64,000 bases of DNA from Minutocellus sp. GHC0000111 (lineage: Eukaryota). Shown in pieces: positions 26,465 through 37,140 of the stretch (the first letter of the stretch is position 1; each line of letters starts with the position of its first letter). The notes under the pieces were generated by a model. That model was not told the DNA's origin. It saw only the letters and a list, made by a program, of their open reading frames with translations, and ran no database searches. The stretch is from the NCBI GenBank assembly GCA_977018835.1, contig OZ361258.1, forward strand, positions 2,852,001-2,916,000. The letters run 5' to 3'. The position numbers were made by a program, and so were the translations under genes.

Positions 26465-28060
26465 ATGTCCTCAGCAGTGGAAGAGGTGGCGGTTGCAACT
26501 CCACAAATGGTCAGTTCCGACACAACACATGCCGATGATGTTGGTGCTGATGCCAACGACGGTTCCTCCTCCTCCTCCTCTTCGGATGCTACTCGTAATG
26601 GTGCACAGATACCACAAACACCACGCCTCGAGTATCGCAACAACGCCAACCTCGTCGCTCCTGTTCGGGTGGACGTAACGGCTTCGGCATCTCTGCGCGA
26701 CCAGCAAATCACCCGGGCCGTTCGCCTCGTAAGGCCCGACCTCTTTGTCAACGACCGACCCTCTCACACCTACTCCTCCGTTTCTCACGCCCATCGGATA
26801 ACAATCCGGCAGCTCGGCGGGGGTTTGTCCAACCACCTGTACGTGGCCCATCCCGGCGGACGGGAGGAGGCGGTGTTGGTTCGCATCCATGCCGAGGATG
26901 AGGAGGAGGACAACGGAGAGGAGGCTGGTGCAGGCAATGATGGTGCAGATGTGTGCGCAGCATCTTCGTCGGCATCGGCACCGACCTTTGTCGATCGAGA
27001 GGTGGAGAATCGTGTACTGGCTTGGCTGTCGTCGGAGGGTCTTGCCCCAACCTTTCACGGTCGTTTTACGAATGGTCGCGTTGAAGAATTTTACGATGGC
27101 TTCAGACCCTTGAGTTGGGACGAGCTTCGGTTGCCCCGCTTTGCCGTACCGGTTGCTCGGGCTCTCGCCAATCTTCACTGTGCTCACCCACCCAAGGGAG
27201 TTCTGAACATATCCGAAGAGGAACGAAACGAGGGAGAGATTTGGTCGCGAATATCGGGGTGGTTTGACATGGCATCCAATGCCAGCTCCGACGTTATCGA
27301 GGCAAATGAATTAATGCAAACGATGAAGGCGGAATGGGAATGGCTCCAGGCGACGTTGAGACCATCTTCCAATGATGTCGTTGTGGATTCTGCTAGTACT
27401 ATGAAATCTTTCGAATTACAGGCGGATTCTGGCAATATACAATCGGCAGCATCATCGTACTTTCGACAGATCGTTTTCACTCATATGGACTGCCAGAGTC
27501 TCAACATTTTGACTCCATGCGAGGGATTTCACCTTGACGACGATTCATCAGATACTGCGCCTGCTTCGAAGAACGACGGCAATATTCAGGCGGCAGAATC
27601 AAAGCCAGAGGAAAATGACTTAGAGGAAGGAAAGGGAGGAGAATATTCCTATGCTTCGGTTCGTCTCATTGATTTCGAGTATGCTGGCGTCAATCCTCGA
27701 GCAGCCGACATTGCGAATACATTCTCTGAGTACTGCAATATGAACAATCTTGAGCCAGATTACGAATCGCAGTATCCGACATCCGGGCAGCAAGATGTTT
27801 TCCTCCGGGCCTACATTGAAACGGCAAGCCCAGAACTGGCCAAGCAATTGGATCGATTCGAGGACGGATGGGCATCATTCTTGGCGGCCGCAAGAGTGGA
27901 GATCGGCCAACACACGCTTCTGAGCCACATTGGATGGGGTATCTGGGCTATAGCACAAGAGTCATTGTCGAATATCGAGTTCGATTACCTGAAGTATGCT
28001 CGCTTGAGGTTGGACGGATATTTTCATTTCAAGGGTCGATATTTTCAGGGGGGTGATTGA
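26465..28060 (+). CDS. Choline/ethanolamine kinase
   Basis: LGGGLSNHLY, FVDREVE, GRFTNGRVEEF, Brenner-like FTHMDCQSLNIL, RLIDFEYAG and FDYLKYA. Confidence 0.92.
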   Translation: MSSAVEEVAVATPQMVSSDTTHADDVGADANDGSSSSSSSDATRNGAQIPQTPRLEYRNNANLVAPVRVDVTASASLRDQQITRAVRLVRPDLFVNDRPSHTYSSVSHAHRITIRQLGGGLSNHLYVAHPGGREEAVLVRIHAEDEEEDNGEEAGAGNDGADVCAASSSASAPTFVDREVENRVLAWLSSEGLAPTFHGRFTNGRVEEFYDGFRPLSWDELRLPRFAVPVARALANLHCAHPPKGVLNISEEERNEGEIWSRISGWFDMASNASSDVIEANELMQTMKAEWEWLQATLRPSSNDVVVDSASTMKSFELQADSGNIQSAASSYFRQIVFTHMDCQSLNILTPCEGFHLDDDSSDTAPASKNDGNIQAAESKPEENDLEEGKGGEYSYASVRLIDFEYAGVNPRAADIANTFSEYCNMNNLEPDYESQYPTSGQQDVFLRAYIETASPELAKQLDRFEDGWASFLAAARVEIGQHTLLSHIGWGIWAIAQESLSNIEFDYLKYARLRLDGYFHFKGRYFQGGD

Positions 28061-28422
28061 CAAGCCAGTCGAATAAGTCTAAAGCGCGGAGAAACTACGG
28101 ACAGACCGCGGAGAAATGCACTGGTGACAACTTCCGGGTTTCTTTTTCTTTCGGGCTCCGTTCACGACGATCGAAGCTCAAGACCGACGGCCATTTCTCC
28201 GCATCGATGCCAACGAGAACTTTTCGAAGCAGCGACCACATGTTATTGCCAGAATTGCCACAAGATGACGTCTCATTATTTTCCCATTACGACCGATCAC
28301 AAACCTTTCGATCAATCACTACTAGATCTAGAGATCTACGAACACAAGCCACACCAATACCTCCGAACCTTGGTGCCAACTACAACCACAATTGACTACT
28401 TTCTACAATTCAATCATCGACA

Positions 28423-29717
28423 ATGATCCACAACGCTGACCAGTACGCCGACGTCGACCTCGAGAATCCTCCTGTCAACGAGGAGAAGATGACATCTACT
28501 TCTACCGTGAAAGATTGGCGCAAGACTCTCTTTGGAGCATACCTCCTTCAGAACCCAACTGGCAAGCGCGAAGATGCTCTGCTTGTTCCCACCGAAATGG
28601 CTCTCGATGACAACAAGTACAGTACGATTGCCATCTTCTTTGGGGCTGACTATTGTCCTCGTAAGTCTGAATAATACGAATGGCTGTGAATGTATTTATG
28701 TTACTTTATGGTCACACTTGCTTATATATAACATATATATCGAAAAATCAATCTCTACATGTCCACATTATCGCAGATTGCAAGCTCTTCGCACCCAAGC
28801 TCCTTGCTAGCTATGATACGCTTACCAAGAAGAAGTGCAAGGTGATCGTTGCCTCGAATGACAGGACGGATGAGGCATTCAACGCTACTCTAATGAAGGT
28901 TGCGGGCATCGATGCAATTCCCTACGACGTTTCCCTCACTCGCAAGATGCGCGACCTCTTCGATCTCAAGACCATCCCCGCCGTTGTCATCCTTCATAAC
29001 TCTGAGCACCACAAGCAGACTCCACCCCTCATCACTCTAGACGGCAGAAACAAGATCGTCGAAGATCCCGAGTGCACTCGATTCCCCTGGCCCTTTGCTC
29101 GACATGACGACAAGCACGAAGAGAAGACCGAAGAGCCCCTCATCTCTGGCTGGGATCGTTTCATCATCCGTGGCAAGTATGGCAAGTGGTGGTCGCTCGG
29201 ACACTACGCCAATCCACTTCATCCCGAAAAGATGTACATGGATGAGCACGCTGTGCGCATCAGAGCTGGCATTCTGAATGCCATTACGTGGGTGGCCCTA
29301 ATGAATGTTCTCTTCATGCGCAACCAAATGATCGTCAAGGTCGTCTGGCCCATTGTCGCTTGGGAATTCCTCGCCTCGAGCATCTTCGGTCTTACTCCGC
29401 TCGCCCCCATTGGAACCCTTGGCGTCCTGGGATCAATTATGCTCCATCCCCACCCGATCTGGAAGCCTGCCAATCCCAAACGCTTCGCTTGGGCAATCGG
29501 TCTCACCCTCGCTACTTTGTGCTTTACATTCGTTATGATTGGACCACAGCAGCTCGGCGCTACAAAGTACACTTGGCTCGTCGGTGGTACCGTTGTCACT
29601 TGCAACCTCTTCACCTGGCTCGAATCTAGCTGTGGCTTTTGCTTCGGTTGCTTCGTCTGGAACAACTATCTTACCAAGTGGTTTAAGCTTGAGGAGTGCG
29701 CCGAGTGCAAGATCTAA
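28423..29717 (+). CDS. Thioredoxin-like (YCPHC) domain fused to a DUF4395-like membrane domain
   Basis: Intron 28661-28776 (GTAAGT..CGCAG) splits the active site: GADYCP+CAT+TGC gives YCPHC. Downstream TIPAVVIL cis-Pro loop, then DEHAVRIRAG, PKRFAWAIG, LESSCGFCFGC and a terminal CAEC. Confidence 0.82.
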
Positions 29718-30202
29718 AAGATGCATCATCATCAGAAGGAAATGTGTTTTTTATTGTCACAACTACCGTACAATAGAGTACCAGTACCGGTAGACATACA
29801 TTATAATGAAAGTAAGCCACATATATATTACTGAATGAACTTTATCTTTACATACCGACACACAATACCGGTACAAGCAAGCTGCTAATCTCCCATCTCT
29901 GCTGCTACGTACATTGTACATGTATGGAAAGCTCACTCTCGCGATCGCATGTGGCGTTGCTGTGTACCGTTGATACCAATCTCCTCAAAACAGGGAGCAA
30001 AAACTCATTCTTGCTCTCGCACGCACTTTTGATGCCCTCATATTCGGCGCCGGACTACGCCGGAGCCGCCACCCCAGTCATCGCTACAAACCAAGTGCTG
30101 CCAGCTGCTTATTGAATAGGGTCTCGGCTTGAGCACTGTATCGATAGCTCTCACGGCGCCATTTTTCTACTACGTCTCCACACCGCAACATAACACCGCA
30201 AC

Positions 30203-30850
30203 ATGATATCGATTGCAAAGGCCGCATTATTGCCAACATGCCTTTCACTCTTGTTCATGTCGGTCACCTCATTTGACGCATCGCGCATCGTCTTCGCCTG
30301 TAAATCAAACTCTTGTCGGAGCCAGATGGCCGAAGGTTGGGCGAAAGATTGGATATCTCAACAAAGGGATGACCTCGGTCGTCTACTAATGGAAACCGGG
30401 GGAGAAAAGAATGAAGCCTATGAAAAGCGCCAGGCCATCCTCAACGATATGGTGATTACGTCGGTGGCGCTCGATTCAAATGCGGTCTTTTGTGGAGATG
30501 TCCCAGAAGTTCGCAAGACTGTAAAGGGCAAAGCTGTCGAGGCAATGTTGTTGGATGGTATTGACATATCACAGTTTGCGCCCAAGACCATGTCTGAAAT
30601 ATTACCCATTCTAACGAGTTCGGCTGCCGAGGCCGATGATGAGAAGGTTGTTGATCGACTTGTCATCCTATGCTCTTGTGGCGATGATGTCAAGAGAGCT
30701 CTTGTGGAACGATCTAAGCAAACTGATGAGTGGGATATTCCTGCGCCCACTGCCGCCGCCAAGGCAGGGGAAGGCGATGCGGCATATCGGAGAGTCAGCC
30801 TGCAGATTCGAGATGAGGTCAATAAGCTCATGAACGAGCTGTGTCCTTAG
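30203..30850 (+). CDS. ArsC/LMW-PTP family protein (thioredoxin-type arsenate reductase-like), copy 1
   Basis: P-loop CKSNSCRSQMAEGW, LVILCSC, WDIPAP and YRRVSLQIRDEV; hydrophobic N-terminus. Confidence 0.8.
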   Translation: MISIAKAALLPTCLSLLFMSVTSFDASRIVFACKSNSCRSQMAEGWAKDWISQQRDDLGRLLMETGGEKNEAYEKRQAILNDMVITSVALDSNAVFCGDVPEVRKTVKGKAVEAMLLDGIDISQFAPKTMSEILPILTSSAAEADDEKVVDRLVILCSCGDDVKRALVERSKQTDEWDIPAPTAAAKAGEGDAAYRRVSLQIRDEVNKLMNELCP

Positions 30851-30988
30851 ATTGCTCGCGAACAATACCATGGTATGCGCACTCACAGTCAATGCTGATG
30901 TTTGGGTGCCGTAGAAGCAAACGTAACATTCAATAAACCCATTTACAATATATTTATCACAAAAAGTTGATACGTCGTACTGGCAAAT

Positions 30989-32425
30989 TCAATTCTTCTC
31001 CAGAACTTGTTTCAAAGTTTCATTGATCTCTCGTATTCTAAGCAGCGCAGCTTTTAGCCGGGCAGTGGTACTGTTCATGTCCAATATTTGCTGCTTAGTA
31101 ACTCGACTTTCTTCTTTGATGTAATCATCTCCCAGAATTGTATCCAATAAAGCCCAAACAACATAGCTTAATCGACGTGCCCTCCGAAGGCTCGGATATC
31201 CCTCGGCTGTCTGTAACTGTTCCGGTTCGTCTTTATTCAACCGCAGATTACTATTATTCTCCAATATCGAGTACACATTGCTCATTTTCTTGGTGTATCT
31301 AGATAACTTGAAGCCCTTGGGCCAGGACCGTCCACCCTCATCATTTGGTAGTAGTCCAAGAATTTGTGTTGGAATAGCCTGCTCGGTATTCGCCTTGGGG
31401 TTCAACTCGGAGATGATTTTTGCCATACAGTCAAGCTCAATCCATACGTCAAACTCCGCTTCCAAAGCATCTTCCTCAGTCACAATTTCGGGATCATCAA
31501 AATCTATGGAACACTCTCCGTGGAACATGTTGCTTGGCGACTGGCTTAGGTACTCTTCAATTGCCGCATGTACAACGCCACCGGCGTTTGCATTGGCAGA
31601 AGACGCGGCCGTTACGTCAAAATTGGCAACTGGCGGCAAATTTTTACTTGCATCGTCTAGGTTCGCATCTTGAAACTCATAGTCGCGCCACATGGCGGCA
31701 TCAGCAACTGCACCCGCGCATGCAGCCCCACGAGCATCATTATTGAGAGCAAAGTCGAACGATGCGGCAGTATCCTCTGCTTCTTCGTAGAACTTATCCA
31801 CCACCTCTTGGTCTGGTAGCATCTCAACATTAGCAATGCCATATGGCGCCGATTGGTTCGAATCAATGACCATAAATCTCCCAAGGGCTTGAACTACCAC
31901 ATACATGCCACCATCATCCAGCAATTTGTAATCTGACATCTTCATGAGCGTACCAACCAACGGGGCATCGGAACCCTTTTCCAGACGGTAATTGTATTTC
32001 TCTCCATCCGCACCCTCTGGCAGATAAACATGACCAAAGTACCAAGGCTTCGATGTCGACACACATCGCATGAGCATGTTGGTATATTCTGGATCGGTAA
32101 CGTTCATAACGTGCTGAAATCCTGGCAGCTCCGTCCATCCTGTCCGATAAATGAGCAAATTGCTGTAGACACCAAACCGCTCTGGATAGACATCAACTTC
32201 GTCCGAATAAAATGTCTTTTGAACCTCTCGAACGAGCTTTATCCGCTCCTTCCGCTGATCCGATGTCTCCTCTTCGAATGGGTTAGCAGAATACTGTGTC
32301 CATGTTCTCGAAATAGTTCTCCGTGTCGTCTGAGGTCCCGCAATATATGCAAAACAGGAAAGGAAATCATTCTTGAGACACAAGATACTGGTCACAACGG
32401 CACGAATTTGGCCTTTGTGTCTCAT
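30989..32425 (-). CDS. Lon N-terminal (substrate-binding) domain-like protein, possibly plastid-targeted, copy 1
   Basis: WTELPGFQHVMNV..PEYTNM..FGHV..VGTLMKMSDYKLLDDGGMYVVVQALGRF; C-terminal QQILDMNSTTARL; no AAA or protease domain. Confidence 0.65.
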   Translation of the reverse strand: MRHKGQIRAVVTSILCLKNDFLSCFAYIAGPQTTRRTISRTWTQYSANPFEEETSDQRKERIKLVREVQKTFYSDEVDVYPERFGVYSNLLIYRTGWTELPGFQHVMNVTDPEYTNMLMRCVSTSKPWYFGHVYLPEGADGEKYNYRLEKGSDAPLVGTLMKMSDYKLLDDGGMYVVVQALGRFMVIDSNQSAPYGIANVEMLPDQEVVDKFYEEAEDTAASFDFALNNDARGAACAGAVADAAMWRDYEFQDANLDDASKNLPPVANFDVTAASSANANAGGVVHAAIEEYLSQSPSNMFHGECSIDFDDPEIVTEEDALEAEFDVWIELDCMAKIISELNPKANTEQAIPTQILGLLPNDEGGRSWPKGFKLSRYTKKMSNVYSILENNSNLRLNKDEPEQLQTAEGYPSLRRARRLSYVVWALLDTILGDDYIKEESRVTKQQILDMNSTTARLKAALLRIREINETLKQVLEKN

Positions 32426-32631
32426 GATACTAGTATATATGTTTGTAACGCTAGCTAGTGACCTCTTCAACAATACTCTCACTATTCTCAATAAGTAATG
32501 GTGGAAGTGCGGTCATCGTCATTGTTCTGGTTTGACTTTCTCAATTTTGCCTACATGCCTTTTTCTAAGTTAGTCGCACCGCACCACAACAACACGCCTC
32601 TTTTCCGCCACTCATTTTTCAATCCCTAACC

Positions 32632-34560
32632 ATGACGGACAACGAGCAAGAGAGCGCTGCTACTGCTCCCAATCGAAAGAGGAGGCTCAGCAAGAAGGAG
32701 CGGAAGGCACTGAAAAAGAAGCAGAAGCAATCGCACAAGGCGGCATCTGCCACTGGATCCACTCATGAGGCACAGAACAAAGATGAGCACAACAGCAAGG
32801 AAGCACCAGAGGAAAACTTCGATGCATCGTACACCCCCGTCCCCATCCCAGAGGAGATCAAGGATGGCAACTATGATGATGAAGATAGCGGCGAGATTCA
32901 AATTGGAAAGGGGAGTGCCAAGAAGTTGGGTAAATGGTTCCCCGAGGCTGTTGTGATCAAAACCACGACGGTGCACAACTCGGTGACGCAGCACAAGAAG
33001 AAAAAGAAGAATGAGGACGAGGAGACCAGAACCGCTTCCTTAGTTCTGTTTTATCAGTATGCCAATCCGCCGTTCCGTCAGTCGCAGGTTCGGCAACTGA
33101 TGACCTATCTTATGTCGGTGGCAAAGGTGCGCAATCTTGGTGGGAGAATCCGTGTATCGAATGAGGGTGTGAACTGCACGCTATCGTCTCTTGCCACCGA
33201 CCGATCTGCATCCGTCCCGAGCGCCGCTGCCAACCTTCGCCATTTTGCATCCGATCTCCGTAACTTCAGCCCTGCATTCAATGAAACAGACTTCAAATAC
33301 ATTGATGACTTGCCTCCGGATCGACACTTAAAAGATCTGAAGATCCTTCCTGTGAAGGAACTCGTGTTCTATGGGATTAGTGAAAAGGACGCCCCATTGA
33401 GCGAGGGCGGTGTCCATCTCGACGCCAAGGATTATCACAAGATGCTGGCCAGAGACGACGCCGTTGTCATCGATGTGCGGAATCATTACGAGGCATTGAT
33501 CGGACGCTTCGATGGGCAGAACCAGGTTGCTAGCGATGGCGGTGATGATCATGACAAGAACAAGAAAAAGAAGGGCGAAGACGAGGAATCATCTACCAAC
33601 GAAGGAGAAAGAGGTCCTAGTCGAGGAGGCGGCGCGACGTATATTGATCCAATGATGCGAAAGTCCACCGATTTCCCAGATTGGCTGGCCAAGCCAGAGA
33701 CGAAGGAAGAGCTCGCCAATAAGAAGGTACGTTCGAGTTGGCATTTACGAATTGACTGCATCTGCGTTTTCCTATTCATGATCCTTTTCCTGGCTATCCA
33801 CACACCTCCATGCCACCATGTCACCTCACACAGTCATTCTTTTTTGTCCATCCTATTTCATTTTTTTTAGGTTCTAATGTTTTGTACCGGTGGAGTGAGA
33901 TACGAGAGGGCGTCGGCATATCTCAAGAAGCAAATGGGCGACCAGGTCGATGGTGTCTTTCAGCTCAAGGGAGGTATCGAGCGATATATGAAGGAATTCC
34001 AGGACGGCGGATTCTGGAGGGGGAGTAATTTTGTATTTGACAAAAGAGAGGCTGTCGGCGTTGATAACATGGCTGGCGTCGGTGGCGTCGTTCGGAAGCA
34101 AAAGGGCGACGAATCTTCCTCATCGAACAAGACTACACAGGTAGAGGATGCCAAATGTTGTTGCTGTTCAAAGCCATGGGACAGATATGTCGGGAAGCGG
34201 AAGTGTGATTTCTGCGGTGTGCCTGTCCTCATGTGCGATACCTGCATGACGTCCCACAAGGCCAACAAGTCCAAAAAGGAGGATATTCAGTGCGACCTAT
34301 GCAAGAAAGAGGGTGTTACGGTTCATGCCAATGAAGTTGAATGGACGGACAATGGAGTTCATAACTGCACCGAAGATGGAGGAGCTGGTACTGGTGGTGG
34401 AAAAGCAGCAAGATCGGTTTTAAAATGGGGCGGGGGCCATGCTTCGGAGAAGAAATTTAAGAAGAAGGCGAGTCGAAAGCCCTGCCGATTCGGCTTAGAA
34501 TGCGTTCGAAAGGATTGCATGTTTTACCATCCCGAGAGGACATCTCAGCAGGCCAGCTAA
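32632..34560 (+). CDS. TrhO/YceA-TSTD2 family rhodanese protein with C-terminal CCCH finger, copy 1
   Basis: Intron 33727-33870. Motifs LFYQY, GRIRVSNEGVNCT, VIDVRNHYE..GRF, MFCTGGVRYE, QLKGGIERY and GSNFVFDKR. Confidence 0.88.
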
Positions 34561-34636
34561 AATCCAGCTGACTCTCTCTACTAGCTAGAACCGGTAGAAG
34601 CTTGAGTAGTCAAGGACCTTCATAACTTCTTCAAAT

Positions 34637-34640
34637 AAGA

Positions 34641-34690
<50 letters not shown>

Positions 34691-34714
34691 ATATATATAT
34701 ATATATATATATAT
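34637..34714. repeat. Compound microsatellite (GA)n(TA)n, copy 1
   Basis: Directly visible; length differs from copy 2. Confidence 0.95.
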
Positions 34715-34786
34715 TACTAGTGACATTCTTTGCTGATTTGTATATATATATTACAAATTACAAATCAGCAAAGAATGTCACTAGTA
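34715..34786. repeat. Perfect 28-bp inverted repeat / candidate mini-MITE, copy 1
   Basis: TACTAGTGACATTCTTTGCTGATTTGTA (34715-34742) and its reverse complement (34759-34786). Confidence 0.9.
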
Positions 34787-35909
34787 GGCGAGTTAGGTGA
34801 TCGTTGATACAAAGACCAACGGTCAAATCCCAGCGAACTACCAACGACAAACAGACCATCCCGCTGGGAGCAAAGCTCAACCAAGCGGGCCCACTATCCC
34901 AGCTGATACAAATCAGCAAAGAATGTCATTATATATATATTACAAATCAGCAAAGAATTATATATATATATTTGTGCAGCTGCAACTTTTCATTACGATA
35001 GATAGATTCAAGCTCCACCACAGCATGTAGATCCAGCTACGTAGCTGTGTAAGTCTAAATCTCTAGCTAGCTAGCATAGCGTGTATAGACGTCGAAATAC
35101 ACACACGCACACACACGCATATATACGAGCATATTATAATGCAAATGCTCCTATGCGTAATCTTGTTCTTTTCACGGATATTTATTTGCTTTCACGGATT
35201 TCATTTGGCTTCTTCGATAATTTTGCGGTGCTGTGTTCAGCACAGAAACGCCACAAGGAAAGAAGGCTTTTTGCTAGATCTAATATCCCGGTCTTTCGTT
35301 ACAATAGCCCAAGCAGTTTTGGCGACATTCTGCGGACTTTGGCCGGGCAGATGGGGCCCGCACTTGGGATTGATGAGGCAGGTAATGTGATCGGAGTTGT
35401 GACATCAGAGTTTCTGTGGCTTTTGTGGGGCTATAATGGGGGCTTATTTGTGAGTGTCGTAGTGACACAGCCAACGTGTGCCCGCCAATCTGTGCAGCTT
35501 TCTGGCCCAAGAAATCCTCTTGGGGAAGTCGTATCAAGGCGAGAGATGGACCATCTCAGGCCTAAGACTTCAATGACCCTTGAAATCATAGGGTCGCTGC
35601 GACATAATCCGGCAATCCAGGAAGTTCTGCGGTTTGATTTCATTTTGAGAGGCTTTTTCGGCGGCACGTCAAAGCACCTTTCTGCCCCCGCCGCCAGCAT
35701 GCGCAGGTACGAGGTCCTGGACAGCAATTTCGGGGACCCGGGTTTTTGGGTCTTTGGACTTTCCGACACGGCGGTTTGCGCGCACCTTGAAAAACACGCG
35801 GCAAAGCAAGCAAATCAAAACACACCCGTCAACAACCGACCTCCAAGCAATTACCACAAATAGACTGGGCAACTTCTGCCGACTGGCGCTTCAAGAAGCT
35901 TCCATACTC

Positions 35910-37045
35910 ATGGATACTCCAAAGGGACACATCTTCAGTCCACCGCGTCCACCGAAACGCGCCGAGGCGACTGCATTCAGCCCCTCGCGCCATGAGAAGG
36001 AAACTTCCAACGAAACGCCGGAACATCCGCGGTATCGAGAAACAAGGACAACGATGACGAGGAGGACAACCAAGGGGTCCCACCGGCATCGTCAGACCTC
36101 ACATCTCCTCGTGTGTTGAAATATCGACGCGAGTACAACGAAGAGGATGGCTTCGCCGCCGAACAAGCCCAAGCAAGGAAGCACTTGCATCATGACATAT
36201 TGCGTGCCGACTTTCGCGGTACCGCTACCGTTTCATCTCATTCTGATGAAGATGATTCATTCTCAGAGATGAGCATAGCAACCGCCGACGCAAAGCCAAG
36301 CGGCGAGAGGAGAAAGCCCGTGAGCTCATTCGACCTTCCCTCCGCCACGCCCATGGTAACAAGTCCAATGTCAGTTCATACTCAGTATGCTCTTACCCCA
36401 AGCCGCTCATGCCCGTCGTTCAGCAACCTTCAATTGTCATCCCCTACCATCTTGGAGCCCTTGCCTCCAACCGAACCAACCGAACGACAGATTGAACGAG
36501 AGGTTGAGGAACATCGGAGGCTTGCGTGCTTTTTGACGTACGGAGAAGCACCACTACCACAAGATATAAAGAACTACAAGTCACCCACATGTAGTCAGAG
36601 GCCCGAACCAAGAAGAAAAGAGAAAGGGGTCTACCTCCCCTTCAAACAAGTTCCTGGTTGGGGTAGCGAGGTCGCGGTCACCACAGTGCTAGGCATGATC
36701 GAAGTCGATCGCCAAGTAAGAGAGGGTCGTGGTGCCTACCCGAAAGGGTGGAGAAGCAGAGAACTCGGATTGTATGATAACAAGACAATAGAATTCTCTA
36801 TTGCATTATCTACTGACAAGATTGCATTAGATGCATATAAGTTGGGATATGAGGATGGGAGTAAACAACCAACTGCTCACCCTGCCCTCACTGACAATAA
36901 ACTTGCCGATGCATATGGTGTGAAGCGCGGAAAGATTCGTCAGTCCCTCCACGCTGTGTGGCTTTCTGATGATCATAAGAAGGCCAAGGAGGCAAAAAAG
37001 AATACCGGTAGAAATAGAAGAACAAAGAAGCCCACCGTGATATAA
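35910..37045 (+). CDS. Unknown cargo ORF inside the transposon (probable frameshift near 35995), copy 1
   Basis: 310-aa ORF 36113-37045; its frame stays open back to ~35995, next to an upstream MDTPKGHIFSP start; AT-rich 3' region follows. Confidence 0.5.
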
Positions 37046-37140
37046 ACAAACCAATGCTGCTGCATCTTACATCTAGATCTATAAATAATTTGTAGACGTG
37101 TAACATTTATTTAATACATGTGTAAAGATATTAATACTAT

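Noticed and set aside
28423..34560. Selenocysteine (TGA) recoding in the redox genes
   Set aside because: All catalytic positions are TGT/TGC; the TGA closing the Trx exon-1 ORF lies inside the intron.
34715..34786. Helitron 3' end (hairpin plus CTAG)
   Set aside because: CTAG is part of both arms of an AT-rich stem rather than downstream of a GC-rich hairpin, and no Rep/helicase sequence is present.
35081..35863. 260-aa ORF upstream of the transposon
   Set aside because: It has a non-ATG start, begins in CA repeats, runs across the TIR boundary and shows no recognisable motif.
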